Source: an uncultured Pseudomonadales bacterium
Lineage (GTDB): Bacteria; Pseudomonadota; Gammaproteobacteria; Pseudomonadales; Azotimanducaceae
NCBI GenBank assembly: GCA_943846605.1
Contig: OX044361.1
Coordinates: forward strand, 2,098,673-2,162,672
Direction of reading: 5' to 3'
DNA: 64,000 nucleotides
Part shown: piece by piece, positions 56,846 to 64,000 of the stretch
How positions within the stretch are numbered: the stretch's first letter is position 1
Layout: every line of letters starts with the position of its first letter
Position numbers and translations under genes: made by a program
The notes under the pieces: model-generated
What the model saw: only the letters and a program-made list of their open reading frames with translations
Told to the model about the DNA's origin: nothing
Databases searched by the model: none

Positions 56846-56864
56846 AATAAGAAAGATTTGCATT
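56846..56864. promoter_or_regulatory. Candidate Fur box upstream of porin cluster
   Basis: AATAAGAAAGATTTGCATT matches 14 of 18 positions of the 9-1-9 repeat AATGAGAAT-n-ATTCTCATT and lies 50 bp before the porin ATG. Confidence 0.5.
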
Positions 56865-56914
56865 TAGAATTGGAGTGGGTATAGTGCGCACTCCTTTCAT
56901 TTGCAGAGATTGTT

Positions 56915-58207
56915 ATGGTGTTAGTTCGTGCGTTGGTGATTTTGGGTATCCTTGGTGCGGGTTGGTCAACCCGTGCGTATGCACAAGAGCCAAGTCTTGT
57001 GGATTTGTACAAATTAGTGGCCGCGCAGGGGGAGCAAATAAAATTGCTAACCCAAGAGCTTGATGCAACAAAAGCCAAATTGGCCAGTACAGATGCTGAT
57101 GTGAAGATTACCGAAGAACGCTTGGTTTCGACGGTGGAGTTTGTCGAACAGCAATCTACTGGCAACGCTGATGGGGCGAATTGGTGGGATCGTACTCGAG
57201 TAGGTGGTTACGCTGAGGTTCATTACAATAATATTGATGCTGAAGATGACAGCAGAAATAAGAAGGAAACAGACATACATCGGTATGTTCTGTATGTAAA
57301 CCATGAGTACAACGATCGGGTTCGCTTCTTTTCTGAACTTGAGGTCGAGCATGGTTTGGTGAAAGACACTGCAGATGGGAGCAACTCCGGAGAAGTCGAA
57401 ATTGAACAAGCCTTTATAGAGGTTGACCTCAACGGAAATCATCAGGCAAAGGCGGGTTTGTTTTTGCTACCCGTGGGTATTCTCAATGAAACCCATGAAC
57501 CCAATACGTTTTACGGGGTTGAACGTAATAACGTAGAAAGCATTATTCTGCCGGCGACTTGGTGGGAAAACGGAGCGGCAGTTAGCGGTCAATACGCGAG
57601 TGGAATTTCATGGGATTTTGCAGTTCATTCGGGTTTGGAGATGCCAACATCGGGTAGCAGCAGTTACCGAATTCGTAGCGGCCGCCAAAAGTCGTCAAAT
57701 GCTAGCGCAGAAGATTTGGCGTTTACCGGTCGTCTGAGCTTTTCTGGTGTGCCCGGATTGCAGTTGTCAGGTGCGTATCAGCACCAGACGGACATGAGCC
57801 AGGAGGCAGGCGATGGCGTGGGTGAAGGTAGGTTGCTGACGGCCCATGCCATTTACAATCAGGGCGGGTTTCAATTGCGTGCACTTTGGGCGCAGTGGGA
57901 AATCGATGGTGATTTGATCGGTCAGGCCGGTGCTGATGATCAATCGGGTTGGTATGTTGAGCCATCTTACCGCTTTGCTTTGCCTACCAGTAATTTGTTC
58001 ACTGCAATGGGTGTTTACAGCCGTTTCGAAGATCTACAAGGGTATCGTGAACAAGATCAGTTTGAGCAATGGGAAGTGGGTATGAATCTGTGGCCGACGG
58101 ATAATGTCGTCTTCAAGATCGATTATCGCGACCGATCGCATCAGGTCTCTGCGGCGCAAGGCAGGGATTTTAAAGCGATCGACTTGGGCGTAGGTTTACA
58201 ATTTTAA
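56915..58207 (+). CDS. Outer-membrane porin (OprO/P-like with N-terminal coiled coil)
   Basis: Signal peptide (AYA), heptad coil, GGYAEVHY, FFSELEVEH, EIEQAF, GLFLLPVGILNETHEP, C-terminal Phe. Confidence 0.85.
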   Translation: MVLVRALVILGILGAGWSTRAYAQEPSLVDLYKLVAAQGEQIKLLTQELDATKAKLASTDADVKITEERLVSTVEFVEQQSTGNADGANWWDRTRVGGYAEVHYNNIDAEDDSRNKKETDIHRYVLYVNHEYNDRVRFFSELEVEHGLVKDTADGSNSGEVEIEQAFIEVDLNGNHQAKAGLFLLPVGILNETHEPNTFYGVERNNVESIILPATWWENGAAVSGQYASGISWDFAVHSGLEMPTSGSSSYRIRSGRQKSSNASAEDLAFTGRLSFSGVPGLQLSGAYQHQTDMSQEAGDGVGEGRLLTAHAIYNQGGFQLRALWAQWEIDGDLIGQAGADDQSGWYVEPSYRFALPTSNLFTAMGVYSRFEDLQGYREQDQFEQWEVGMNLWPTDNVVFKIDYRDRSHQVSAAQGRDFKAIDLGVGLQF

Positions 58208-58255
58208 GTCAAAATCACGTAAATAATCGTATCAATCTTTGATCTTTTTGGCACA

Positions 58256-58831
58256 ATGTCGTTTATGCAAATGAGAATGATTATCGGATTTATTACGCTT
58301 TGTGCGGCGTTGCTCTGTCTACCGATGGCGGCGGCAGGCGCGCCTGCTCAGGCTGATCAGGTATACATCAATGCTTCGACTTACGTAGCCGAACGCTTTG
58401 CGGGTGAACCGCCGGCCCAAGAGACGCTGTGGCCCTCAAGTGACTTGCGGACTCAATTGAAAAATATTTTAGGGCACGCGCCAAGTTTGCGTTTCAAATA
58501 TTGGGGGGCAGGGGGTAAAACGGTCTGGATTCTTGATGAAATCGGAAAGGATCGTCCGATCACCGCTGGAGTTACCATCACGGACAACAGAATTGAAGAT
58601 GTGCAGGTCTTGGTTTTTCGTGAAAGTCGAGGGTGGGAAGTGAAATATGAATTTTTCACTTCTCAGTTCGCCAATCTTTGGCTAGATCGAGACCAGCAAT
58701 TGAGCGGTAAAGTTGACAATATTACTGGTGCGACGTTGTCCGTTAAGGCCATGAAGCGAATGGCGAAGGCAGCGCTTTTGATGCATCGCGCAACCCCACA
58801 GGCACAGACTACGCTCGCCGACGCGCGTTAG
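58256..58831 (+). CDS. Exported FMN-binding (flavinylation substrate) protein
   Basis: Signal peptide, PITAGVTI, FRESRG.EVK, VDNITGATLS (the [S/T]GA[S/T] flavinylation motif). Confidence 0.88.
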   Translation: MSFMQMRMIIGFITLCAALLCLPMAAAGAPAQADQVYINASTYVAERFAGEPPAQETLWPSSDLRTQLKNILGHAPSLRFKYWGAGGKTVWILDEIGKDRPITAGVTITDNRIEDVQVLVFRESRGWEVKYEFFTSQFANLWLDRDQQLSGKVDNITGATLSVKAMKRMAKAALLMHRATPQAQTTLADAR

Positions 58832-58841
58832 CGGTACTGGC

Positions 58842-59561
58842 GTGCGTTTCTGGTCTCATCGGACGCTTCATCGGTTAACAGGCATCTGTGTGGCGTTACC
58901 TCTGCTGGTTTTTGTGGCCACGGGCTTGCCGCTGCAGTTTACTGCTGAATTGCGGCTGGGCAGCCAAGGGGTGTCATTGGCTTGGGTGCAGGACCGATAT
59001 GGTGTCGAGGCGCCCGCGCAGGTGACTGTTTTGCCAGATGTCCAGCAGGCAGAGGTCCTGCAAGCGGATGCTACATTGATGACTGCGACTCGGCAGATGA
59101 CCGTATCCGGCCGTCTGCTCGGGGCATACTCGATGCCGCAATGGACCATTTTTGCGACCTCCGAAGAACTGCTGATTATCCCAAATATAGAACAGGTTCC
59201 AGTGGAACGCCTGGCGTTGCCGCAGACAATTACCGCTTTTGGGCGCACGGATGACCCTTATTTACTGATTGAATCGTCTGCAGGCATCGAGTTTTCTGCT
59301 GACCTCGGATTGACCTGGCGTCAGTACACTGGCGCCGCTGGCGTTTGGCAAATCCCAAGCTTTAGAGCGCCGACTCGGCAAGAAGCTCAGCGCTATGCCG
59401 CTACACAATTGTCTTGGGAGCGATTGCTCCAAGATTTGCACAGCGGTCGGTTTTTTGGCCAGATTGGGGTTTGGTTTATGTCGTTTGCGGGATTGGCCTT
59501 GGTAGTGCTCAGTTTCACCGGCTTGTATCTGTGGTACGCGTCAAAGCGGTTTGGGCGATAG
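58842..59561 (+). CDS. PepSY-associated TM helix domain protein
   Basis: N-terminal HRTLHRLTG..ATGL and C-terminal LQDLHSGRFFG followed by a TM helix. Confidence 0.85.
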   Translation: MRFWSHRTLHRLTGICVALPLLVFVATGLPLQFTAELRLGSQGVSLAWVQDRYGVEAPAQVTVLPDVQQAEVLQADATLMTATRQMTVSGRLLGAYSMPQWTIFATSEELLIIPNIEQVPVERLALPQTITAFGRTDDPYLLIESSAGIEFSADLGLTWRQYTGAAGVWQIPSFRAPTRQEAQRYAATQLSWERLLQDLHSGRFFGQIGVWFMSFAGLALVVLSFTGLYLWYASKRFGR

Positions 59562-59645
59562 ATTGAAATTCTGCCAAAGGGTCGCATGGCATTGCGATGC
59601 GTGCGCTGGGTAGGGTACCTTGTTCAGGTAAGACAGGGAGGAAAT

Positions 59646-60473
59646 ATGCACGGCAAACGGGTTTTGATTACGGGTGGTAACAGCGGTATCGGCTTGGTGA
59701 CCGCCATTGAGTTAGCGCGACAGGGGGCAGAGTTGGTGCTGGCGTGTCGTGAGGGGCCCAAAACGGACAATGCGCTGGCCGAGATTAACGCCGTTGCAGT
59801 GACACAGGCGGTGAATATACCTGTAGATCTCGCCGCGCTTTCCAGCGTTCGCGCGCTCGCTGCAGAATTTCTTTCTCGTTATGACGCGTTGCATGTGCTG
59901 ATTAATAATGCCGGGACCTTTCCCACTCGTCAGCAACGAACGGCAGAAGGGTTTGAACTGCAAATAGGGGTTAATCATTTCGCGCATTTTCTGCTGACGC
60001 ATTTGTTACTGGACTGCCTGAAAAGCAGCGCGCCGGCCCGTATTGTCAACGTCTCATCGATGTTATACGCAAAAGGTCAAATTGATTTCGACAGCTTTTG
60101 TGGTGTTGATAAATACAGCGCCCAAGTGGCCTATAATCAGTCCAAGTTGGGGAATATTCTGTTTAGTCTTGAGCTGGCGAAACGTTTGTCCGCATCCGGT
60201 GTGACTTCTAACGTCCTGCATCCAGGAGCCGTTGCAACAGATATCGTTCGCGACCTGCCGTGGCTGGTGCGCAAGGTCATCGGTTGGTTTTTTATTGCCC
60301 CTGCCAAAGGCGCCCAAACAACCATAATGTTGGCCAGTGATGAAGAACTGGAAGGTGTTACCGGTGAATATTATAACCAAGGTGAGCGGCAGGAGGTTTC
60401 TCCGATCGGAAAAGATTTGGAGTTAAGAGAAAAATTTTGGGCAGCCAGTGCTGAGGCGGTTGGCCTGAATTGA
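59646..60473 (+). CDS. SDR, retinol dehydrogenase/WWOX-like
   Basis: TGGNSGIG, INNAG, GVNHFAHFLLT, YNQSK, LHPGAVAT. Confidence 0.93.
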   Translation: MHGKRVLITGGNSGIGLVTAIELARQGAELVLACREGPKTDNALAEINAVAVTQAVNIPVDLAALSSVRALAAEFLSRYDALHVLINNAGTFPTRQQRTAEGFELQIGVNHFAHFLLTHLLLDCLKSSAPARIVNVSSMLYAKGQIDFDSFCGVDKYSAQVAYNQSKLGNILFSLELAKRLSASGVTSNVLHPGAVATDIVRDLPWLVRKVIGWFFIAPAKGAQTTIMLASDEELEGVTGEYYNQGERQEVSPIGKDLELREKFWAASAEAVGLN

Positions 60474-60519
60474 GACAACCGGCGCATCGATCAGAGATTA
60501 ACTAAAACGAGGATGAAAC

Positions 60520-60954
60520 ATGGCGCAGTATATACCCCCCACAATTGACTGGGTGCGCGAGCAAGTGGAACTTTATGAAGGTAGCGGTGGCACCAAAGGG
60601 TCCACTTTGTTAGATACCGGTATGCCGTGCATCATCGTCACGCATACAGGTAACAAAACCGGGGCAATTCGCAAGATACCATTGATGCGTGTAAAGGTTG
60701 GTGAGGCGTATGTCTTGGTCGGTTCGATGGGGGGGCAGCCTAAAAACCCGGTGTGGGTTTATAATCTTCGAGATAACCCGCTGGTGGAAATTCGTGATCA
60801 AACGGTTGTGACGGCTATGCGCGCGCGCGAGGTGTTTGATGATGCCGAGCGCGAGTCGCTTTGGGCGGCTAGTGAGGAAGCATTTCCGCCGTATACGGAG
60901 TATGCGGCAAAAACAACCCGTAAAATCCCGGTCTTTATCGCTGAACCTGTGTAG
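60520..60954 (+). CDS. Deazaflavin (F420)-dependent nitroreductase family protein (FDOR-A, Rv1558-like)
   Basis: WVREQVELYE, TGNKTGAIRKIPLMRV, GSMGGQPKNPVWVYNL, TTRKIPVF. Confidence 0.92.
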   Translation: MAQYIPPTIDWVREQVELYEGSGGTKGSTLLDTGMPCIIVTHTGNKTGAIRKIPLMRVKVGEAYVLVGSMGGQPKNPVWVYNLRDNPLVEIRDQTVVTAMRAREVFDDAERESLWAASEEAFPPYTEYAAKTTRKIPVFIAEPV

Positions 60955-61044
60955 CGGGCAGCAGGTGGTCTGTGCCGGGGGGTGCCTTTAGCCCCTGCGA
61001 TGGTACAATTTAATGTTGAGAGTGACGGCAAAAGAGAAAATATT

Positions 61045-62256
61045 ATGAGCGAAGCGCACAATTTAGAAGCATTTAGAACCTCTGTTCGTGAGTGGTTGGC
61101 GAGCAATTTTCCCGAAAATTTAGTTGGCTTTAGCATGGGGATGGAAGGCTCGGCAAATGCTCTTCACGAGAGTGATTTGGAATTATGGCGGCAGCGTCTA
61201 GCGGAGAAAGGTTGGGGAGCGCCGACCTGGCCAGTCATATACGGTGGCGCTGGATTAAGTCACCCGCAAGCAAAAGCGTTGGGCCAAGAAATGGGTAAAA
61301 TCGGCGCGTTTAACCCTATTCCCATCCTTGCCGGTATGGGTGTCACTATGGTCGGGCCCACCGTTTTAGAATATGGCACGGACGATCAAAAAGCCCGACA
61401 TTTGCCCGGGATTGCAAGCGGTGCGATCCGCTGGTGCCTAGGATTGTCAGAGCCCAATGCGGGTTCTGATCTGGCTTCGCTTGCTACAAAAGCCGTGGAC
61501 CAAGGCGATTGTTTTATGGTGAATGGTCAAAAAGTCTGGACGTCTGGCGCAGACATTTCTCAGTGGTGCGGGGCGGTGGTGCGCACCGACCCAAGTGCTA
61601 AGAAACGCGACGGTATCTCTTTTGTCATGTTGCCTATGAACCAAGCAGGGGTTGAGACGCGGCCAATTAAGCTTATATCCGGTGTGTCGCCTTTTTGTGA
61701 AACATTCTTTAACGATGCACGGGTTGAAAAAACCGATTTGTTAGGCGATTTGAATGACGGTTGGAGCGTGGTTAAACGTCTTTTACAGCATGAACGTCAA
61801 AGCCAAACAAGCGCTCGCAGTGCGGTCAGTGCGGAGAAGGAATCGTTGCCGGCGATGGCCATGCGATATGCGGGCACAGATGCTGAGGGTAAACTGGCAG
61901 ACGCCGATTTGAGAACACGTATGGTGCGCCATTTGATGGCCGAACAGGCGCACGGTTTGACAGTCTCGCGAATCACAGCGGAAGCCAAAGGCAAGGTGGA
62001 GGTCAGTGCCGCAGCCTCTATCCTTAAAAATTCTGCAACGGCCATCAGTCAGTCTAAGTCTGAATTGACGTTGGAGTTTATGGGCAGTCAGGGACTGGGT
62101 TGGCAAGGTGAGCAATTTGCCGAGGAGGAGCTAAGTACGGTGCGTGATTGGCTCTGGGGTAAAGCAATTTCGATATACGGCGGCTCTTATGAGGTCCAGA
62201 ACAACATCATTTCCAAAAATATATTGGGTTTACCGGAAACCACTCAAAAAGGGTAG
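61045..62256 (+). CDS. Acyl-CoA dehydrogenase, catalytic subunit of heteromeric pair
   Basis: WCLGLSEPNAGSDLASL, NGQKVWTS, ETFFNDA, LQHER, IYGGSYEVQ. Confidence 0.93.
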   Translation: MSEAHNLEAFRTSVREWLASNFPENLVGFSMGMEGSANALHESDLELWRQRLAEKGWGAPTWPVIYGGAGLSHPQAKALGQEMGKIGAFNPIPILAGMGVTMVGPTVLEYGTDDQKARHLPGIASGAIRWCLGLSEPNAGSDLASLATKAVDQGDCFMVNGQKVWTSGADISQWCGAVVRTDPSAKKRDGISFVMLPMNQAGVETRPIKLISGVSPFCETFFNDARVEKTDLLGDLNDGWSVVKRLLQHERQSQTSARSAVSAEKESLPAMAMRYAGTDAEGKLADADLRTRMVRHLMAEQAHGLTVSRITAEAKGKVEVSAAASILKNSATAISQSKSELTLEFMGSQGLGWQGEQFAEEELSTVRDWLWGKAISIYGGSYEVQNNIISKNILGLPETTQKG

Positions 62257-62341
62257 GCCGGTAAATGGGCGTGTGTAGAAATTGACGTTAAATCCCGGCC
62301 AGTGAAAATACGGCCGGCCAAACCAAAGGCAGCATAGAACA

Positions 62342-63478
62342 ATGGCAGCATTGACAGAAGAACAAACCTTAATCAGGGATCAAGCGAAATCTTGGGCCAG
62401 TGAGCAGGCACCCGTTGCCGAGTTCCGCCAAATGCGTGATAGCGGCATTCCTGAGAAATTTATGCCAGCGACATGGTCAGCTATGGTGGACATGGGCTGG
62501 ACGGGCATTCTTATTCCTGAAGAGTACGGCGGTTCAGACCTGGGTTACCTCACATTTGGGGTGATTTTAGAAGAGTTAGGACGGCAACTAACGGCATCTC
62601 CTTTGTTTGCATCTGCACTGGTAGGTGCAACGGCAGTTTTGCTCGGGGGCAATGCGCAGCAGAAGCAGAATTTTTTGCCTAAAATTGTTGATGGCAGTGA
62701 AATATTGACATTGGCGGTCGATGAAAGCCCGCGTCATGATCCTCAGCAGTTGGCCCTCCAAGCTGACAGGGAAGGCGCGGATTTTGTATTGCAGGGCGGC
62801 AAAACGTTTGTGCTTGAGGGAATGGCTGCAACAACATTTGTGGTCGCGGCGCGCACGTCTGGCCAGGCCGGGGAAGCGGCTGGGATTACGCTGTTTTTGG
62901 TGTCTGCAGAATCGTCGGGACTCAAACGCACGGCGATGGATACAGCCGACAGTCGCGGTTATGCCCAGCTTTCATTCGACGGCGTTAGCGTTGACTCGCA
63001 GGCTGTGCTGGGAGAGGTGGATAACGGTTTTGGTTTGCTTGAGGCTTTGTTGGATCGGGCCGCAGCTGGTCTGGCTGCTGAAATGTTGGGAACCGCAGCT
63101 CAAGCATTCGACATGACGTTAGCTTATCTTAAAACGCGAGAGCAATTTGGGCGACTCATAGGGTCCTTTCAGGCGCTTGGGCATCGTGCGGCGGTATTGT
63201 TTTCGCAGATGGAGTTGGCTCGTTCATGCGGTGAGGCTGCGCTGCAAAGCATAGACGCCGATCACGGCAATACATCCGAAATGGCCTCTTTGGCGCAGGC
63301 GAAAGTGGGTGAATTTTTGTTTGATATGTCCAATCAGCTGATTCAAATTCATGGTGGGATCGGCATGACAGATGACTTTGATGCAGGCTTCTATCTGAAA
63401 CGAGCCCGCAGTTTGGAGACGTTATTCGGGAACCAGGCGTTCCACAGAAATCGGTATGCGCGTCTTTTGGGCTTCTAG
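62342..63478 (+). CDS. Acyl-CoA dehydrogenase, partner subunit of heteromeric pair
   Basis: MGWTG..IPEEYGGS, REQFGRLIGSFQALGHR, IQIHGGIGMT; C-terminus LFGNQAFH lacks the catalytic Glu motif. Confidence 0.92.
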   Translation: MAALTEEQTLIRDQAKSWASEQAPVAEFRQMRDSGIPEKFMPATWSAMVDMGWTGILIPEEYGGSDLGYLTFGVILEELGRQLTASPLFASALVGATAVLLGGNAQQKQNFLPKIVDGSEILTLAVDESPRHDPQQLALQADREGADFVLQGGKTFVLEGMAATTFVVAARTSGQAGEAAGITLFLVSAESSGLKRTAMDTADSRGYAQLSFDGVSVDSQAVLGEVDNGFGLLEALLDRAAAGLAAEMLGTAAQAFDMTLAYLKTREQFGRLIGSFQALGHRAAVLFSQMELARSCGEAALQSIDADHGNTSEMASLAQAKVGEFLFDMSNQLIQIHGGIGMTDDFDAGFYLKRARSLETLFGNQAFHRNRYARLLGF

Positions 63479-63537
63479 ATTGTGATCGCGCTTGCGTTGT
63501 ATGGCATTGCCAAAGAAATTCGAGGGAGGGTTTTGCG

Positions 63538-64000
63538 ATGAAAGGGTATTTAGGCCTGTTGATTGCCTGTCTAGTGGTGTCCGCGCACGCTGAGATCAAG
63601 CGAACGCCTAGCGGCAAACCTGATTTCTCGGGTGTTTATGATATAGGAACCTTGACCCCACTGAATCGCCCAGAGGCATTTGGTGATAACAAGTTCATGA
63701 CGCAGGACGATGCGGCCAAAGTGGTCGCGCGCACCAAAGCGATTTTTGATTTTGCTAACCGTGAAAGTGATCCTAACCGGGGCGCGCCGCAGAAGGGGGG
63801 AGATGGCAACAACACAGCTGGTGCTGGCGGTGTCGGCGGGTATAACGCGTTTTGGATCGATCCGGGCACGCAAGCGTTTGAAATCGATGGTCGATTTCGG
63901 ACGTCAATTATCTATGACCCGGCCAATGGCCGGCAACCGCCGCGGAGCGCAGAAGCTATATCCAACATGCGCACAGCGTATAAATCCTTTGCGCATGACA
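63538..64000 (+). CDS. Uncharacterised secreted protein, 5' part only (runs off window end)
   Basis: Not in the track. Manual translation: MKGYLGLLIACLVVSAHA-EIKRTPSGKPDFSGVYDIGTLTPLNRPEAFG...GGYNAFWIDPG...RTSIIYDPANGRQPP; open to 64000; GAGGGAGG upstream. Confidence 0.8.
   Translation, partial: MKGYLGLLIACLVVSAHAEIKRTPSGKPDFSGVYDIGTLTPLNRPEAFGDNKFMTQDDAAKVVARTKAIFDFANRESDPNRGAPQKGGDGNNTAGAGGVGGYNAFWIDPGTQAFEIDGRFRTSIIYDPANGRQPPRSAEAISNMRTAYKSFAHD

Noticed and set aside
56875-57063. Cys-rich 62 aa ORF as a metal-sensing leader peptide for the porin
   Set aside because: Most of it overlaps the porin CDS in another frame, so the Cys content is a frame by-product; there is no independent support.
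1-64000. tRNA, rRNA, CRISPR array, IS element, integrase or prophage
   Set aside because: No cloverleaf, spaced repeats, transposase or integrase motifs, or phage genes were seen by eye. A tRNAscan/Infernal/CRISPR scan would confirm.

Overview
A gene-dense 64 kb bacterial chromosomal window. Gene content suggests an aquatic, probably marine, heterotrophic Gammaproteobacterium (inference only). I found no rRNA, tRNA, CRISPR array, transposase or integrase. About 50 CDSs are supported. Housekeeping genes include a partial POT transporter, dgkA, two DEAD-box helicases (SrmB-like and DbpA), yeaD and YhiN. Most of the rest is a patchwork of catabolic and redox enzymes: 2 Baeyer-Villiger monooxygenases, a CYP153-like P450, 2 PQQ dehydrogenases, 2 molybdo-hydroxylase large subunits, 3 acyl-CoA dehydrogenases, a thiolase/DUF35 pair, SDRs, 2 F420-type FDOR-A reductases, 2 serine hydrolases and a 2OG-Fe(II) oxygenase. 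There is also a porin/FMN-binding/PepSY cluster with a candidate Fur box. Two items stand out. (1) At 3.6-11 kb, two tandem genes encode exported di-heme proteins with a hydrazine-synthase-alpha (HzsA)-like architecture. They share a ~2.6 kb core in which I could find only six substitutions, flanked by clearly diverged ends. One copy is a lipoprotein with a ~480 aa stalk; the other has a cryptic signal peptide upstream of its first ATG. A membrane-anchored transglutaminase-like protein follows 8 bp downstream. (2) At 34.7-35.9 kb, two ORFs in the track are really one selenoprotein (WSSW-U-GC) with an in-frame UGA and a SECIS-like hairpin. All family assignments come from recognising motifs by eye; no searches were run.
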